Assembly: GCA_965230995.1 (NCBI GenBank)
Contig: OZ246398.1
Coordinates: 1 to 44,073, forward strand
Reading direction: 5' to 3'
Source of the DNA: an uncultured Candidatus Saccharibacteria bacterium
Lineage (GTDB): Bacteria; Patescibacteriota; Minisyncoccia; Phycocordibacterales; G965230995
Length of the DNA stretch: 44,073 bases
Shown here: positions 21,187 to 30,810 of the stretch, piece after piece
Position numbering within the stretch: position 1 is the first letter of the stretch
Layout: every line of letters begins with the position of its first letter
Made by a program: the position numbers and the translations under genes
Notes under the pieces: model-generated
Seen by the model: the letters and a program-made list of their open reading frames with translations, nothing else
Told to the model about the DNA's origin: nothing
Databases searched by the model: none

Positions 21187-21263
21187 ATATTACGATATTA
21201 TATATTAAATGATAAAAATCAAGCCCTAAATATGCTATAATTTGAACCTAATAATTAAACAAT

Positions 21264-21650
21264 ATGAATATAATTTTGCTTGTAGGAAGAATTATTTTTG
21301 GTGGTTATTTTCTCTTTATGGGGATTAACCATTTTTTGAAATTAAATTCAAATACTGGTTATGCACAGAGCAAAGGAATAATTTTTCCAAAATTTAGCGT
21401 GATCATTACTGGAATTTTGCTTGCACTTGGAGGATTGGGAATAGTCTTGGGGATGTATGTAAATATAGCTTTGCTATTTTTGGTGCTTTTCCTCATACCG
21501 ACTACAATCCTTATGCATAATTTTTGGAAAGAAACAGAACCAGGGAAAAGAAATGCGGAAATGTATGGCTTCCTCAAAAATATGGCACTACTTGGGGCAA
21601 TAATAATGATGTACGCAATGTATGCAAACGACTGGTCCTATGTAATCTGA
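21264..21650 (+). CDS. DoxX family membrane protein
   Basis: GRIIFGG.F...G.NHF...H.FW...FLKNMALLGA. Confidence 0.92.
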   Translation: MNIILLVGRIIFGGYFLFMGINHFLKLNSNTGYAQSKGIIFPKFSVIITGILLALGGLGIVLGMYVNIALLFLVLFLIPTTILMHNFWKETEPGKRNAEMYGFLKNMALLGAIIMMYAMYANDWSYVI

Positions 21651-21688
21651 AAGAAAAACCACAGGCGTAGCCTGCGGTTTTTCTTTTT
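21650..21688. terminator. Bidirectional terminator between doxX and rpmG
   Basis: AAAGAAAAACC.CAGGC-gta-GCCTG.GGTTTTTCTTT between convergent genes. Confidence 0.85.
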
Positions 21689-21691
21689 AAA

Positions 21692-21865
21692 TTATTTCTT
21701 CTTTTCCTTGTAAACAGTGTGCTTTCTTGCTATTGGGTTATATTTTTTTAACTCAATTTTTCTTTCAACACCTTTTTTGTTCTTGAAAGTATAGTAGGTG
21801 TGGCCTTTTCCAACCCCTTTTTCGTCTCCTGTTGTTACGAGTTTAATTAATCTGTCTTGTGCCAT
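21692..21865 (-). CDS. rpmG: 50S ribosomal protein L33 (Cys-free form)
   Basis: Manual translation MAQDRLIKLVTTGDEKGVGKGHTYYTFKNKKGVERKIELKKYNPIARKHTVYKEKKK; absent from the track. Confidence 0.93.
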   Translation of the reverse strand: MAQDRLIKLVTTGDEKGVGKGHTYYTFKNKKGVERKIELKKYNPIARKHTVYKEKKK

Positions 21866-21918
21866 AATGTTTTTTTATGTACGACCCATTCTACACGTTT
21901 TTAATGATTTAGCAAGCC

Positions 21919-23196
21919 CTAAAGCTTAGAAACATCCCTTGCAAACAATAGGTTTATAGCCCATTCTAGCCCAGTTCTAAGCTTTGCCCTAATTCCAACC
22001 AATTTTGATAGATATATCGTTCTATAAAGCCACCAAGCCACAGGTCCCGATATTTTGATGCCCATAACAGAAGCAAGGGCTCCTCCCCGCCCTAGGGATA
22101 ATATGAAACCCTGATCTTTCCAAGAAAATTCCTTTTTCTTTCTCTTGTCTATGTCGGCCAATATATTTTCTGCTACAATCTGGCCCTCGCGAACAGCAAA
22201 TTGTGCTCTCATTGGATATGGCTGTCCATTTTCTTTGTTTACAATCCAAGCCATATCGCCAGCAACGTATATGGACGGGTCTGCAATTGTTTGCAGATAA
22301 TTATTTACTTTAATTCTTCCCGTTCGCTCTTCTTTTGAAATTTCTTCTTTAGATTTTATATCAATATTTTTTGACCTAACCCCAGCAGTCCAAAATATAT
22401 TTTTTGCTTTGATACTACCATCCTCCAAAAAAACTTCTCCTTCTCTTACCTCGGTGACTTTTTTTGATAGCAATACCTCAACTCCAAGTTTTTGCAAAAT
22501 CTTTAGAGTTTTTTTATGGAACCACTCTCCCATTACAGAAATTAGTCTATCTCCTGCATTAATCAATATAACTCCGGCTTTATTTTTTAGATCTGGATAC
22601 ATTTCGTACATTTCATCAAAAACAAAATCTGCCATTTCAGAAGCAAGCTCAACTCCAGTTGGACCACCTCCTATCACAACAAAAGTTAAAAGCTCCCTTC
22701 TTTTATTTTCATCTTCTTCCAAATACGCTTTTTCAAAAGCTGTAAGTATTCTGTTTTTTATAACCTTTGCATCAAAAAGTCCCGATAGGGGCAAAGTATT
22801 TTCTTTGGCTCCTCTAATACCAAAATAGTCTGGAGTGCTACCTATCGAAAGCAACAAATAATCATAATGGATTATTTCTATCTTTTTTCCACTATCTCTT
22901 TCGAGAGATATTTCGATTGTTTTTGTGATTGAATCTATTTTTTCTGCTTTGCCTTGTAAAAATTTCGTATGTTCATCTTTTGGCAATCTGTGTATAGACA
23001 TTGTTACATCAGAAGGCATAAGTCCTCCTGTCGCTATTTCATGGGAAAGGGGTATAAAATCAAAATAGTCGTCTTTGTTTACTATCGTAATATCAAAACA
23101 GTCTCTTTTTTTACATTGAGAAAGTAGTTTAAGGTAGGCGTGCACACCAGCAAAGCCAGAGCCAATGATTACTATTTTTTTATATTTCTTTTCCAT
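21919..23196 (-). CDS. ndh: Type II NADH dehydrogenase (Ndh-like FAD oxidoreductase)
   Basis: GSGFAG, YDYLLLSIGS, FVVIGGGPTGVELA, YVAGD, P.RAQFA..EG, C-terminal amphipathic WLYRTIYL. Confidence 0.85.
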   Translation of the reverse strand: MEKKYKKIVIIGSGFAGVHAYLKLLSQCKKRDCFDITIVNKDDYFDFIPLSHEIATGGLMPSDVTMSIHRLPKDEHTKFLQGKAEKIDSITKTIEISLERDSGKKIEIIHYDYLLLSIGSTPDYFGIRGAKENTLPLSGLFDAKVIKNRILTAFEKAYLEEDENKRRELLTFVVIGGGPTGVELASEMADFVFDEMYEMYPDLKNKAGVILINAGDRLISVMGEWFHKKTLKILQKLGVEVLLSKKVTEVREGEVFLEDGSIKAKNIFWTAGVRSKNIDIKSKEEISKEERTGRIKVNNYLQTIADPSIYVAGDMAWIVNKENGQPYPMRAQFAVREGQIVAENILADIDKRKKKEFSWKDQGFILSLGRGGALASVMGIKISGPVAWWLYRTIYLSKLVGIRAKLRTGLEWAINLLFARDVSKL

Positions 23197-23233
23197 TAAC
23201 ACATAATATAACGAGTCGAGTAAAAACTCTAAT

Positions 23234-23265
23234 ACAAAAAAAACGCCTTGCGGCGTTTTTTTTGT
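23234..23265. terminator. Intrinsic terminator
   Basis: ACAAAAAAAACGCC-ttgc-GGCGTTTTTTTTGT. Confidence 0.85.
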
Positions 23266-23268
23266 TTT

Positions 23269-23853
23269 TTATCTCCTGTCTGAATTTACCCTAATTGATT
23301 TCATTAAATTTTTTGCACCAATCCTATCACCTGATTCAAATAGTTCTCTTGCCTTTTCAAGGGTCACTCTTTCTTCATCAGATAAGTTTTCAAGCATAGG
23401 TCTTCCCATCCCCCTTCCAATCGGACCGAGCCCGATTTCGTTCATAATTTTTTGTGCCTCTGCTACTTTTCCGGAAATTCTTAAATTATGAGCTTCAACA
23501 ATTTTTGCAAAGACCGCTTCGGTGATTTTGTCTTTTTCTGGATGGTCACCAATTGCAGAAATGAAAGCATTATAATCGTTTTTTTCTATCGCATCTCTGA
23601 CCGCGTCAGCATTTTTTCCAAAGAAAGGTCCCTTGCCTTTTCTTGCCTCTGGTAAATTGTTTTCTTCAGCTAGTTTCTTTGCTCCCTCTATGTCTCCGGC
23701 TCGCCTTAGTTCTCTTATCTCTTCTAGAGCCTCCTTTTGTTTGTCAGTCAAAGCATTTCTTTGACTCATTGCCTTTACGCTATAGCCACCACCCACAACA
23801 GAGAGTCCGAATATTGCTACAGCAATCAAAATATTTAGCTTATTTATTTTCAT
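23269..23853 (-). CDS. Secreted helical repeat protein
   Basis: Signal peptide; three L..ARELx.xGDxxGAK.L-like repeats. Confidence 0.75.
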   Translation of the reverse strand: MKINKLNILIAVAIFGLSVVGGGYSVKAMSQRNALTDKQKEALEEIRELRRAGDIEGAKKLAEENNLPEARKGKGPFFGKNADAVRDAIEKNDYNAFISAIGDHPEKDKITEAVFAKIVEAHNLRISGKVAEAQKIMNEIGLGPIGRGMGRPMLENLSDEERVTLEKARELFESGDRIGAKNLMKSIRVNSDRR

Positions 23854-23857
23854 TATT

Positions 23858-24745
23858 TTATATTTCTACTGCTTTAATTTTTTGTAATATATCGTAAGGC
23901 CGTACGCCCTTACAATTATTCATACGCGTAGAATCAGACATTCTTTCACCGACACGTGTTTTTAATAACATCCTTGGTCTATCAATTTCTTTTTGTATAC
24001 CCTTTCCACTCGGAATTGGGACATCCCAAGGTAATATAAAGCAAGCATAAAAGGTATCTGTTGATGTTGCTGGTAATCCTACTATTCTAATTTTTCCTGG
24101 TAACAAAAGATTTTCAATATCATTTGGAAAAAGCCCACCCGTTTCAACAGTCCATTCCTTTCCTAAAAAGTCTTTAATTTTTGCGATTTGTAATTCTTCG
24201 TCGAATTCAAAGACATCTCCAGCAAGTAGCCCCTTTTCTGGCTTTATCCATTTTTCACTTTCAAGCATAAAAATAGATCTATGAGCTGGAAATCTCTCAG
24301 AAATTTCTCTATCGATAATAGGACCCGCACCTGCTATATACAAAATATTTCCTAAAACAGAGCTCGCACCTACACTTGCACATAAAATTAACCATAGCGG
24401 ATAACGATAGCCTTTGTTTGTCTTCCGGATGTTTACATACGACAAAGTTATAATTGCCCCGAGTACCACAATCCACAAAATCGGCAAGGCATCATAGAAG
24501 AAAGAGATGAAACTATCGTGAGTAATTTCGTAATATTTAAAACCGCTATTATCCAATCTATACATAATTCCAATCACTGCCCCAGCTCCAATTAACACAG
24601 ACAAAGTCCAAATTGTCCAAAACATATCCTCCTTGAGAACAAATTGCCACCTTGGATCTGGTTTAATCTCTTCTGATTCAATCCTTGAAAGAATTTTATT
24701 TGTGAGATCTTGATTATTCTGTTTTTCGTTTTGTGTCTGGTTCAT
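23858..24745 (-). CDS. Membrane protein, probable anti-sigma factor
   Basis: About 3 TM plus a C-terminal extracytoplasmic domain; ATGA overlap with the ECF sigma stop. Confidence 0.6.
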   Translation of the reverse strand: MNQTQNEKQNNQDLTNKILSRIESEEIKPDPRWQFVLKEDMFWTIWTLSVLIGAGAVIGIMYRLDNSGFKYYEITHDSFISFFYDALPILWIVVLGAIITLSYVNIRKTNKGYRYPLWLILCASVGASSVLGNILYIAGAGPIIDREISERFPAHRSIFMLESEKWIKPEKGLLAGDVFEFDEELQIAKIKDFLGKEWTVETGGLFPNDIENLLLPGKIRIVGLPATSTDTFYACFILPWDVPIPSGKGIQKEIDRPRMLLKTRVGERMSDSTRMNNCKGVRPYDILQKIKAVEI

Positions 24746-25335
24746 TTTATTTCAAGATGTGATAATTTTTCTCTTAATTTTTTCTTTGCTCGGTGGATCA
24801 AGGTCGCTACCGAACCTGGTGGTATTCGTAAAATGTCTGATATTTCGTCATAGTCTAATTCTTCAAAAAAACGTAGGACTATGACTTCGCGGTATTTTTC
24901 ATCAATCTCTTGCAGTGCTTTTTTTATGTGTTCTCTATTAATTCTATTTTCTGCAAAGTCCTTTGAATCAATATCGTCAAAAATAAATTGTAAGACTTCG
25001 TCACTATCATCTATGAGATTACCTTCTGGTCTAATCTTTTTTGATCTAAAGAAACTCATAGTTTCATTATGAGCGATTCTATAAACCCACGATGAGAACT
25101 TTAATTCTTTATCAAAACCATTTAGGTTTTTATATATTTTTATAAAAATACTCTGAAGCAAATCTTCTATATCTTCAGGTACGCGAACCCCAAGTCGTTT
25201 TATATAACGACCAAGCCTTTCTTCGTAACGATTGATAATAAAAACAAAAAAGTCTTTATTTTCAAGTGCCAGCGAAGCTATTTCTTCGTCCGTATTACCT
25301 GCGATATCCGGCATATCTATACTATTATACGCCAA
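24742..25335 (-). CDS. ECF RNA polymerase sigma factor
   Basis: Region 2 EDLLQSIFIKIY...FSSWVYRIAHNE; region 4 YREVIVLRFFEELDYDEISDIL.IP.GSV.TLIHRAKK. Confidence 0.95.
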   Translation of the reverse strand: MAYNSIDMPDIAGNTDEEIASLALENKDFFVFIINRYEERLGRYIKRLGVRVPEDIEDLLQSIFIKIYKNLNGFDKELKFSSWVYRIAHNETMSFFRSKKIRPEGNLIDDSDEVLQFIFDDIDSKDFAENRINREHIKKALQEIDEKYREVIVLRFFEELDYDEISDILRIPPGSVATLIHRAKKKLREKLSHLEIK

Positions 25336-25358
25336 ATAGTAGCTTTTCTTTCAAAACA

Positions 25359-25389
25359 AAGAACCGCACAGCTTCGCTGTGCGGTTCTT
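25359..25389. terminator. Intrinsic terminator after the helicase
   Basis: AAGAACCGCACAGC-ttc-GCTGTGCGGTTCTT. Confidence 0.8.
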
Positions 25390-25412
25390 GCCTTTAATTA
25401 ATTGTAGAAAAT

Positions 25413-26645
25413 TTATTCAACAAACGTAATCGCCTTTCCTTTTTTGTTTCCTCTTCCTGTTCGCCCTATTCTGTGGACATAGTCTTCGTATGTTGCAGGC
25501 TGATCATAGTTTATCACATGGCTAACATCAGAAATATCCAATCCTCTAGCAGCGACGTCTGTCGCAACCAAAACTTTTACATGATTATCCTTGAAAGCCT
25601 TGAGTGATCTCTGTCTTTGGCTGTGTGATTTATTTCCGTGTATTGAATCAGCCTTATGACCCTTTTTAACGAGCAGTTTTGAAAGTTTCTCGACTCCGTG
25701 TTTTGTTCTGCCGAACACAAGGACTTTTTCGAATTCATCATTTGAAAGATGACTGTGCAAAACATCAAATTTGTCCTGTCCTCTTTCTATCTTTACTATT
25801 TCTTGATGAACGCTTTTTGCAGTATCTCTTGTTTTAACTGAAATTCTAATTTCATTTGTCAAAAATTCACCAATCAATTTTTCTATTTCCTTTGATAGAG
25901 TCGCAGAGAAAAACAACGTGTGTCTTTTTGCTGGCATTTTTGAAACCATATTTCTGATTTCATTTATAAATCCCATATCGAGCATTCTGTCTGCTTCATC
26001 CAAAACCAAAGTCCCGAATCCAGAAAGATTGATTGCTTTTCTATCCATTAGATCCTTTATTCGTCCTGGTGTTCCAACCACAAAATTATATGGTCGTTTT
26101 AATTCAGAAATTTGTCTACCTATATGAGCACCCCCAACAACACAAACAGAATAGATGTTTATTCTACCTGCAAATGTTTTGAATTCTTCCATTATCTGTA
26201 CAGCAAGTTCTCTTGTTGGAACAACTATCAGAACCTTTTCATTTCTGTTGTTTATAACTTTATTTAATAGCGGAATGAGAAATGCTCCGGTCTTTCCAGT
26301 ACCAGTATTTGCAATACCAACAACGTCCTTTCCAGCTAAAATCTCAGGAATAGTTTTATCCTGAATTGCTGTTGGTGTTTTATAACCTTTTTCTGCAATA
26401 TTATTTTTAATTCTTTGGTCTATAGTAAAATCAGAAAAAGAATGTTTCGGAACAAAAACTTCTTCCACCGCCTCCTCTTTTGCATTACTTACAAATTTTG
26501 ACGGATCAATTCTTTGTCCAAACATTTTTCTTCCTCTAAAAGGAGTTCTCGGTCTGTTTGAACCAAAACCTCCTCTTGGTTTATTATCACCAAATCTTCT
26601 TCTCCTAAATCCGCCTGATGCGGGTCTTTTTCCATCTCTAAACAT
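25413..26645 (-). CDS. DEAD-box RNA helicase (RhlE-like)
   Basis: PTAIQ, GTGKT, PTRELA, TPGR, DEAD, SAT, HGNKS, TDVAARGLD, HRIGRTGR. Start set at ATG 26645. Confidence 0.97.
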   Translation of the reverse strand: MFRDGKRPASGGFRRRRFGDNKPRGGFGSNRPRTPFRGRKMFGQRIDPSKFVSNAKEEAVEEVFVPKHSFSDFTIDQRIKNNIAEKGYKTPTAIQDKTIPEILAGKDVVGIANTGTGKTGAFLIPLLNKVINNRNEKVLIVVPTRELAVQIMEEFKTFAGRINIYSVCVVGGAHIGRQISELKRPYNFVVGTPGRIKDLMDRKAINLSGFGTLVLDEADRMLDMGFINEIRNMVSKMPAKRHTLFFSATLSKEIEKLIGEFLTNEIRISVKTRDTAKSVHQEIVKIERGQDKFDVLHSHLSNDEFEKVLVFGRTKHGVEKLSKLLVKKGHKADSIHGNKSHSQRQRSLKAFKDNHVKVLVATDVAARGLDISDVSHVINYDQPATYEDYVHRIGRTGRGNKKGKAITFVE

Positions 26646-26771
26646 ATATAATAAATTGCCCAAACTTGGGCTAAGGTAGTCTTAATAATTACTAGTAAGG
26701 CGACTACGGCTCTAAAAGAATTGAACAAAGCCGTTTCGCCCCACAACTCCTCGAGATATACTTACCGACAC

Positions 26772-26800
26772 ATAATAGCAAACTATAGTCTGTTTGTCAA
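26772..26800 (-). promoter_or_regulatory. Sigma70 promoter of the DEAD-box helicase gene
   Basis: TTGACA (26800-26795), 17-nt spacer, TATTAT (26777-26772). Confidence 0.8.
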
Positions 26801-26809
26801 ATTTTCTGG

Positions 26810-28261
26810 CTACTTCATCATATCCAAAGTCTGGTCGATGCGGATTTGTTTTACAAATTCTGGGACATGGCTCACAAGTATCATCGCCCCCTCATAATCA
26901 TTTAACGCTTTTGCAATTACAGGAATATGTCTAAAGTTTATATGGTTTGTTGGCTCGTCCAGAATTAAAAGTCCTGGTCTCTGTAAAACCAATCTTGCAA
27001 ATGATACAAGCCCTTTCTGCCCCTCTGAAAGCATACCGATTTTTGTATCAATTATTTCTTTTGTAATTAAAAAGCTTGCAGATGTTGATCGTATTTTTTC
27101 ATCGTTTGGTCTATCCATAACTCTCGCCAAACAATCATAAACCGTGTCATTGAAATCTAACGTAGAAAAATCTTGTCTATAGTATCCAACAACTGTATTA
27201 GGTGATATTTCAATTCCAGTCGCTTTTCCTCTTGCAATAGATTCGAGAAGCGTTGTCTTGCCGACACCATTAGGACCCACAATCAGCAAATGATCATTTT
27301 TCTTTAATGCAATCTTTGCTGTTCTTTTTGTTGGTTTATGGTCTTTAATCATTTTGAAAGAAGATATCTTTATGACATCACCAGACAGTCCGTCTTGAGA
27401 TGGAATCACAAATGGTCGTATTGTTTTGTCTTCTTTTCTCATGTCTACTTTTTCTTCTTCCATTTCTTCAGCTTTTTCACGCATTTTCTTTGCGACAAGT
27501 CTCATCTGACCCCCTTTGTTTGCAAAAAAGTTGGCCTTTTCTTTGTTCTCTTGTATTTGTTTTTCGAACTGAGCGTTTTTTCTTCGTTCTCTCTCGATTC
27601 TAATCTCAATCTGGCTGACTACATCGTTGTAGTTTCCAACATACTGTTCGACTTTTTGAGTATGGACATCAAGATACAAAACACCTTGAGTGAAAGCATT
27701 CAAAAACTCTGAATCGTGAGAAATGACTAGAACAGTTTTTTTGTAATCTACGAGAAATTGCGTGAGGTGTTCTATTCCTGCCTTGTCGAGGTTGTTTGTT
27801 GGTTCATCGAGCAAAAGCAAATCAGGGTTTTGGATTAGAGCCGACGCGAGAAGTAGCCTTGCTTGTTGACCACCAGAAAATGAACCGACTTTTCTGTCGT
27901 GTGGTGCGTTTAGATGTACAACCTCTAGAATTTTATCTATTCTAGGATCAATATCGTAGATTTTTTGTTTGAAACATTTAGCAAAAAAGTCTTTCACCGA
28001 TAGTTCCAATTCGTCTCTAGGAATTACTTGCCTTGAAGTCGCAATTGTAATATTAGGATCTAAATGTATTTGTCCCTCTTCTGTAGATAGTTCACCATTA
28101 ATCAATTTGAACATGGTGCTTTTTCCTGCTCCATTTTGTCCCATTATGGTTGTCTTTGTACCTTTTCGTAACGGAAAACTAACCTCTTTTAAGATAGGTT
28201 TTTTTGGTCCATATTCAAAGGACACATTTTCGAATCTAACAATTACGTTTTTGTCGTTCAT
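26810..28261 (-). CDS. ABC-F family ATPase
   Basis: Two NBDs (GQNGAGKS/FSGGQ/LLLDEPTN and GPNGVGKT/LSEGQ/LILDEPTN) with a charged linker and no TM. Confidence 0.93.
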   Translation of the reverse strand: MNDKNVIVRFENVSFEYGPKKPILKEVSFPLRKGTKTTIMGQNGAGKSTMFKLINGELSTEEGQIHLDPNITIATSRQVIPRDELELSVKDFFAKCFKQKIYDIDPRIDKILEVVHLNAPHDRKVGSFSGGQQARLLLASALIQNPDLLLLDEPTNNLDKAGIEHLTQFLVDYKKTVLVISHDSEFLNAFTQGVLYLDVHTQKVEQYVGNYNDVVSQIEIRIERERRKNAQFEKQIQENKEKANFFANKGGQMRLVAKKMREKAEEMEEEKVDMRKEDKTIRPFVIPSQDGLSGDVIKISSFKMIKDHKPTKRTAKIALKKNDHLLIVGPNGVGKTTLLESIARGKATGIEISPNTVVGYYRQDFSTLDFNDTVYDCLARVMDRPNDEKIRSTSASFLITKEIIDTKIGMLSEGQKGLVSFARLVLQRPGLLILDEPTNHINFRHIPVIAKALNDYEGAMILVSHVPEFVKQIRIDQTLDMMK

Positions 28262-28312
28262 ATGGGTTACAATGCAAAGCATAGTAACACATTTAGACTA
28301 TCATTGAAAGGG

Positions 28313-29563
28313 TTACGCGTTTTTTCCGGCCACAAAACCAGTAGTCCAACAAAGCTGGAGCGAATATCCGCCCGAAGGTCTCGTGATATGAAGCAAGTCC
28401 CCAGTTACAAAAAGGTTATTGAAAAGTTTTGATTTCATCGTGCGTGTATCTATTTCTTCCAAAATTACACCGCCGTCGGCAACAACCGCCCTATCAAAAC
28501 CCATTAAATGAGAAACGGTTAGGGGTAAGGCTTTTAGCAATCTAACAATAGTTTTTCTGTCTTCTTTTTTAATACTATGTACTTTTGTTTCGAGTAATTC
28601 TGGGCTTATTATTTTCGATATTCCAGACGAAGTACCTTCCGGCACAATTTCTTTTAAAACATTTTTTAGAGTTTTGTTTTTATTTTTATCAAAAACATTG
28701 ATTATATTTTTTTCGAGAGATCCCAAATCTGTATGCGGAAAAGTGTCTATTTCGCAAGTCACCCTGCCTGCCTGAAGCATTTCACCGACTTCTTTTGCTG
28801 AATTCAAGATTAGAGGACCAGATAAACCAAAATGGGTAAACAAAATTTTTCCCATTTTTGAAAACTGTTTTTTATCATCGAGAAAAAAAGTAATTTTCAT
28901 AAATGATAGAGAAACTCCGGCGAGAGTTTTGGACCATTCTTCTTTTGTTGCAATCGGAACTATCGCAACTGTTGGTTTTTTAACTGTGTGTCCTAAATTT
29001 TGAAGCCAAGAAAAACCATCGCCCGTTGATCCGGTTTCTGGATGTGACATTCCACCAGTTGCGAGAATATAGTTTTTTCCTCGAATCGTTCCTTCATTTG
29101 TGATAACACCGCTTATCGTATCTTTTTCAAAAAGTATTTTTTTAACTGTTGTATTTGTTTTGCAAATAACCCCGAGATTATTTAATTCTTTTTTGAGCAA
29201 ATTTACCACATCAATCGCCTTTTCTGTTTTTGGAAAAACTCTATTTCGCGCTTGCGTCTCTAGAGGCAATCCTCTTTTTTCAAAAAAATCAAAAGTATCT
29301 TTTACGCCGAATTGCGAAAATGGTGAATACAGAAAATCTTCTGCCTTTCCAAATTTAGAGAGAAACTTTTTTATATCAAATTCTGCGTTAGTGATATTAC
29401 ATCTGCCACCACCTGTTATCTTTAATTTTTCTCCAAGATTTTTGTTTTTTTCAAGTATAATTACCTTCTTTCCACTAAGTACAGAAAAAATCCCGGCAAA
29501 CATCCCCGATGCTCCGCCACCGATTATTACAACGTCGTAATTAACTTTTTCCACAATAGACAC
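28313..29563 (-). CDS. HI0933/YhiN-family flavoprotein
   Basis: GGGASG, KLKITGGGRCNITN, TGSTGDG, LFTHFGLSGP, GGYSLQLCWTTG. Confidence 0.93.
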   Translation of the reverse strand: MSIVEKVNYDVVIIGGGASGMFAGIFSVLSGKKVIILEKNKNLGEKLKITGGGRCNITNAEFDIKKFLSKFGKAEDFLYSPFSQFGVKDTFDFFEKRGLPLETQARNRVFPKTEKAIDVVNLLKKELNNLGVICKTNTTVKKILFEKDTISGVITNEGTIRGKNYILATGGMSHPETGSTGDGFSWLQNLGHTVKKPTVAIVPIATKEEWSKTLAGVSLSFMKITFFLDDKKQFSKMGKILFTHFGLSGPLILNSAKEVGEMLQAGRVTCEIDTFPHTDLGSLEKNIINVFDKNKNKTLKNVLKEIVPEGTSSGISKIISPELLETKVHSIKKEDRKTIVRLLKALPLTVSHLMGFDRAVVADGGVILEEIDTRTMKSKLFNNLFVTGDLLHITRPSGGYSLQLCWTTGFVAGKNA

Positions 29564-29594
29564 AGATTATCAGACAAATCTTGTCTAAACAATA

Positions 29595-29993
29595 CTAAAT
29601 GCCAGAAGAACCAACACCCCTGATAAAATCTATATTACCGAGAGAATACCCTGCCGGGATACAAGTTACACCTGCAAAAACCATACAGGTACTTGGCTTT
29701 AGATCATGACCGCCCACAAGATATGCCTTTGGAGTGAAAATATTAAATTTAGGACGAAGCAGAGAGTATCCTGGTCTATACATATAGCTTTGCGGTGTAT
29801 AACCAAGAGAATAATCAGAAATTGTTATAAGAGTACTCCCAGGCCACAAAGAACATGTGCACAGAGTTGAATACAAGACCATTCCACCAAAGAAATCGTG
29901 CTTTACAGAAGAAGCGGTAACAGCAGATGCAGTATTTACATTGAAAAAACCGAAAACCGAAAAGACTAAAAATGAAAGAAAAATCTTTTTCAT
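29595..29993 (-). CDS. Secreted Cys-containing hypothetical protein
   Basis: Signal peptide; CTC and C..AG..C motifs; TGATATAAT 6 nt before the ATG. Confidence 0.75.
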   Translation of the reverse strand: MKKIFLSFLVFSVFGFFNVNTASAVTASSVKHDFFGGMVLYSTLCTCSLWPGSTLITISDYSLGYTPQSYMYRPGYSLLRPKFNIFTPKAYLVGGHDLKPSTCMVFAGVTCIPAGYSLGNIDFIRGVGSSGI

Positions 29994-30011
29994 ACTTAAA
30001 TTATATCATGT

Positions 30012-30779
30012 TTAAAACAAAACAAAAAAGAAAATCAGAGCAATGAGAATTCTATAAATACCGAAGGCAATAAAACTTCTTTTTTGAATAAATTTCAGCA
30101 GAAATTTTATTGAAAACATCGCAACAAAGAAAGAAACAACAAAACCAGCTGCAAGAACAGAGAACTGTGATATCTCGAATTCTTTGTAGCTCTGGAGCAG
30201 ATCAAAACCGCTAGCAGCAATCATTGTTGGTACAGCCAAAAGAAAAGAAAATTCAACAATGGTTTTTCTCTTTAACCCAAGAAACAACCCACCGACAATC
30301 GTCGATGCCGAACGAGAGACACCAGGCACAACTGCGAGAGCCTGAAATAGTCCAATCAAGATCGCGTTTTTATAAGAAGGCATACCACCATCTTCATCTT
30401 CTTTGTCTTTTTTGAAATGATATTTTTCAAAAATAATCAAAAACAAACCGCCGATTGCGAGTGCCCAAATGACAACAGAAGGATTTCCGATCAAATATCC
30501 TTTTATAAAATCATACAAAACAAAGCCAATAATGGCAGTTGGTATAAAAGCTGACGAGACTTTTTTAATAGTCTCAATTTTGAAAATAGTTTTCCAATAC
30601 AAAAATATTACCGAAGAAATTGCACCGAGTTGAATTATTATCTCAAAGCTTTTTGTAAAAACAGTCTGCTCTATTTTTAAGAGCTCGCTTACAAGTATTA
30701 AATGCCCAGTCGAAGAAATGGGCAAAAATTCTGTTATTCCCTCTACGATACCCAAAACAATACTATGCCAAATTTCCAT
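30012..30779 (-). CDS. uppP: Undecaprenyl-diphosphate phosphatase
   Basis: LGIVEGITEFLPISSTGHL, IQLGAI, PGVSRS. Confidence 0.97.
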   Translation of the reverse strand: MEIWHSIVLGIVEGITEFLPISSTGHLILVSELLKIEQTVFTKSFEIIIQLGAISSVIFLYWKTIFKIETIKKVSSAFIPTAIIGFVLYDFIKGYLIGNPSVVIWALAIGGLFLIIFEKYHFKKDKEDEDGGMPSYKNAILIGLFQALAVVPGVSRSASTIVGGLFLGLKRKTIVEFSFLLAVPTMIAASGFDLLQSYKEFEISQFSVLAAGFVVSFFVAMFSIKFLLKFIQKRSFIAFGIYRILIALIFFFVLF

Positions 30780-30810
30780 CACTACATAATAACGCAATTA
30801 ATGTCCCAAG

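Noticed and set aside
21648-24744. Alternative genetic code (TGA = Gly, as in Gracilibacteria/Absconditabacteria)
   Set aside because: Conserved genes are intact under code 11, TGA ends doxX and the ECF sigma at the expected positions, and an SPF-type RF2 is present.
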